DNA from: Bacillota bacterium
GTDB lineage: Bacteria; Bacillota; Clostridia; Oscillospirales; Oscillospiraceae
Assembly: GCA_021199635.1 (NCBI GenBank)
Contig: JAJQHS010000030.1
Span: 27,898 to 91,897, forward strand
Length of the DNA: 64,000 nt
Direction of reading: 5' to 3'
Part shown: piece by piece, positions 63,079-64,000 of the stretch
Layout of the letters: the number at the start of each line of letters is the position of its first letter
How positions within the stretch are numbered: position 1 is the stretch's first letter
The notes under the pieces: model-generated
Database searches by the model: none
Seen by the model: only the letters and a program-made list of their open reading frames with translations
Told to the model about the DNA's origin: nothing
Position numbers and translations under genes: made by a program

Positions 63079-64000
63079 ATGGGACCCATCGTAATCGGCG
63101 TAATCATCATCATTCTGTTCGTCATCGTCATTTCCAATATCTCCGTGGTCCAGCAGTCCCGGGCATACGTTGTTGAGCGCCTGGGCGCGTTCCGGGCGGT
63201 CTGGGGCGTGGGCATCCACTTCACCATGCCGTTCTTTGACCGGATCGCCAAGAAGGTCAGCCTGAAGGAGCAGGTGCTGGACTATCCTCCCCAGCCGGTG
63301 ATCACCAAGGATAACGTCACCATGCAGATCGACACCGTGGTGTACTTCCAGATCACCGACCCCAAGCTGTACGCCTACGGCGTGGAGCAGCCCATGATGG
63401 CCATGGAGAACCTCACCGCCACCACCCTGCGGAACATCATCGGCGACCTGGAGCTGGATCAGACCCTGACCTCCCGCGACCTGATCAATACAAAAATGCG
63501 CGCCATCCTGGACGAGGCCACCGACCCCTGGGGCATCAAGGTCAACCGGGTGGAGCTGAAGAACATCCTGCCCCCCGCCGACATCCAGAACTCCATGGAG
63601 AAGCAGATGAAGGCGGAGCGTGACCGCCGCCAGGCCATCCTGCAGGCGGAGGGCCAGAAGAAATCCGCCATCCTGATCGCCGAGGGCGAGCGGGAATCCG
63701 CCATCCTGAAAGCGGACGCGGAGAAGCAGGCGGCCATCCTGCGGGCTGAGGCCGAGAAGCAGGCGGCCATCCTCCGGGCGGACGGCGAAGCCCAGGCGAT
63801 CCTGGCGGTGCAGAAGGCGCTGGCGGATTCCCTGGAAATGCTCAACGAGAAGGCACCCAACGAGCAGGTGATCAAGCTCAAATCCATCGAGGCCATGGAG
63901 AAGGTCGCCGACGGCAAGGCCACCAAGATCATCATCCCCAGCGAGATGCAGGGGCTGGTGGGCATGGCCAGCGGACTGGTGGAGGCCGTCAAGGAGGCGT
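63079..64000 (+). CDS. Stomatin/band-7 (SPFH) protein, 3' end outside the window
   Basis: ATG at 63079 after AGGAGG. MGPIVIGVIIIILFVIV... then an SPFH core (VVERLGAF..., ITKDNV, RVELKNI) and an Ala/Glu/Lys-rich coiled coil. Absent from the ORF track because no stop is reached. Confidence 0.88.
   Translation, partial: MGPIVIGVIIIILFVIVISNISVVQQSRAYVVERLGAFRAVWGVGIHFTMPFFDRIAKKVSLKEQVLDYPPQPVITKDNVTMQIDTVVYFQITDPKLYAYGVEQPMMAMENLTATTLRNIIGDLELDQTLTSRDLINTKMRAILDEATDPWGIKVNRVELKNILPPADIQNSMEKQMKAERDRRQAILQAEGQKKSAILIAEGERESAILKADAEKQAAILRAEAEKQAAILRADGEAQAILAVQKALADSLEMLNEKAPNEQVIKLKSIEAMEKVADGKATKIIIPSEMQGLVGMASGLVEAVKEA

Noticed and set aside
63700-63800. Near-perfect ~33-nt tandem duplication (GAGAAGCAGGCGGCCATCCTSCGGGC)
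   Set aside because: It lies in frame within the stomatin-like gene and encodes the repeat AEKQAAILRA twice. It is a coiled-coil repeat, not a CRISPR or regulatory repeat.

Overview
GC-rich Firmicutes/Clostridia-style chromosome segment spanning the replication origin. The minus strand carries dnaA-dnaN-yaaA-recF-gyrB-gyrA-rnhA plus a DUF370 (RemA/RemB-like) gene. A dense DnaA-box cluster and an AT-rich unwinding element sit in the dnaA-dnaN spacer, and lspA-rluD and a tRNA-Gly/Arg/His operon diverge on the plus strand. Most of the rest is housekeeping or carbohydrate and central metabolism: GH32 fragment, GH43/CBM42 lipoprotein, GH31, an unassigned putative GH, two half-ABC exporters, two MATE pumps, a split Na+-translocating oxaloacetate-type decarboxylase operon, pckA, pta, rny, ruvABC, apbE, psuG and a Fur-family/QueD-like/ZIP operon. 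The window ends with hflK-hflC followed by NfeD-stomatin. Items that stand out: (1) A compact 6.1 kb, apparently intact phage head-and-packaging cassette (terS, terL, portal, protease, capsid, two connector proteins, one unknown). It has no tail, lysis, integrase or replication genes and is wedged between housekeeping operons. (2) An operon hypB / 937-aa GltD-like Fe-S flavoprotein / hypA / Trp-rich membrane protein with no hydrogenase genes in view. (3) A dispersed ~55 bp hairpin repeat (core GGCCGTGTGTGGGCACACGGCC) with six clear and two degenerate intergenic copies, including one between gyrB and gyrA and one at the oriC edge. (4) Perfect GGAAATTTCC-core palindromes at equivalent positions upstream of two unrelated promoters. 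(5) A tRNA-Gly(UCC) with a non-canonical T-loop. (6) Several unexplained structured intergenic regions. No CRISPR array, rRNA, transposase or integrase was seen. Many long ORFs in the six-frame track are antisense shadow ORFs typical of high-GC DNA and were rejected. All calls rest on reading the sequence and on remembered family motifs; no searches were run.
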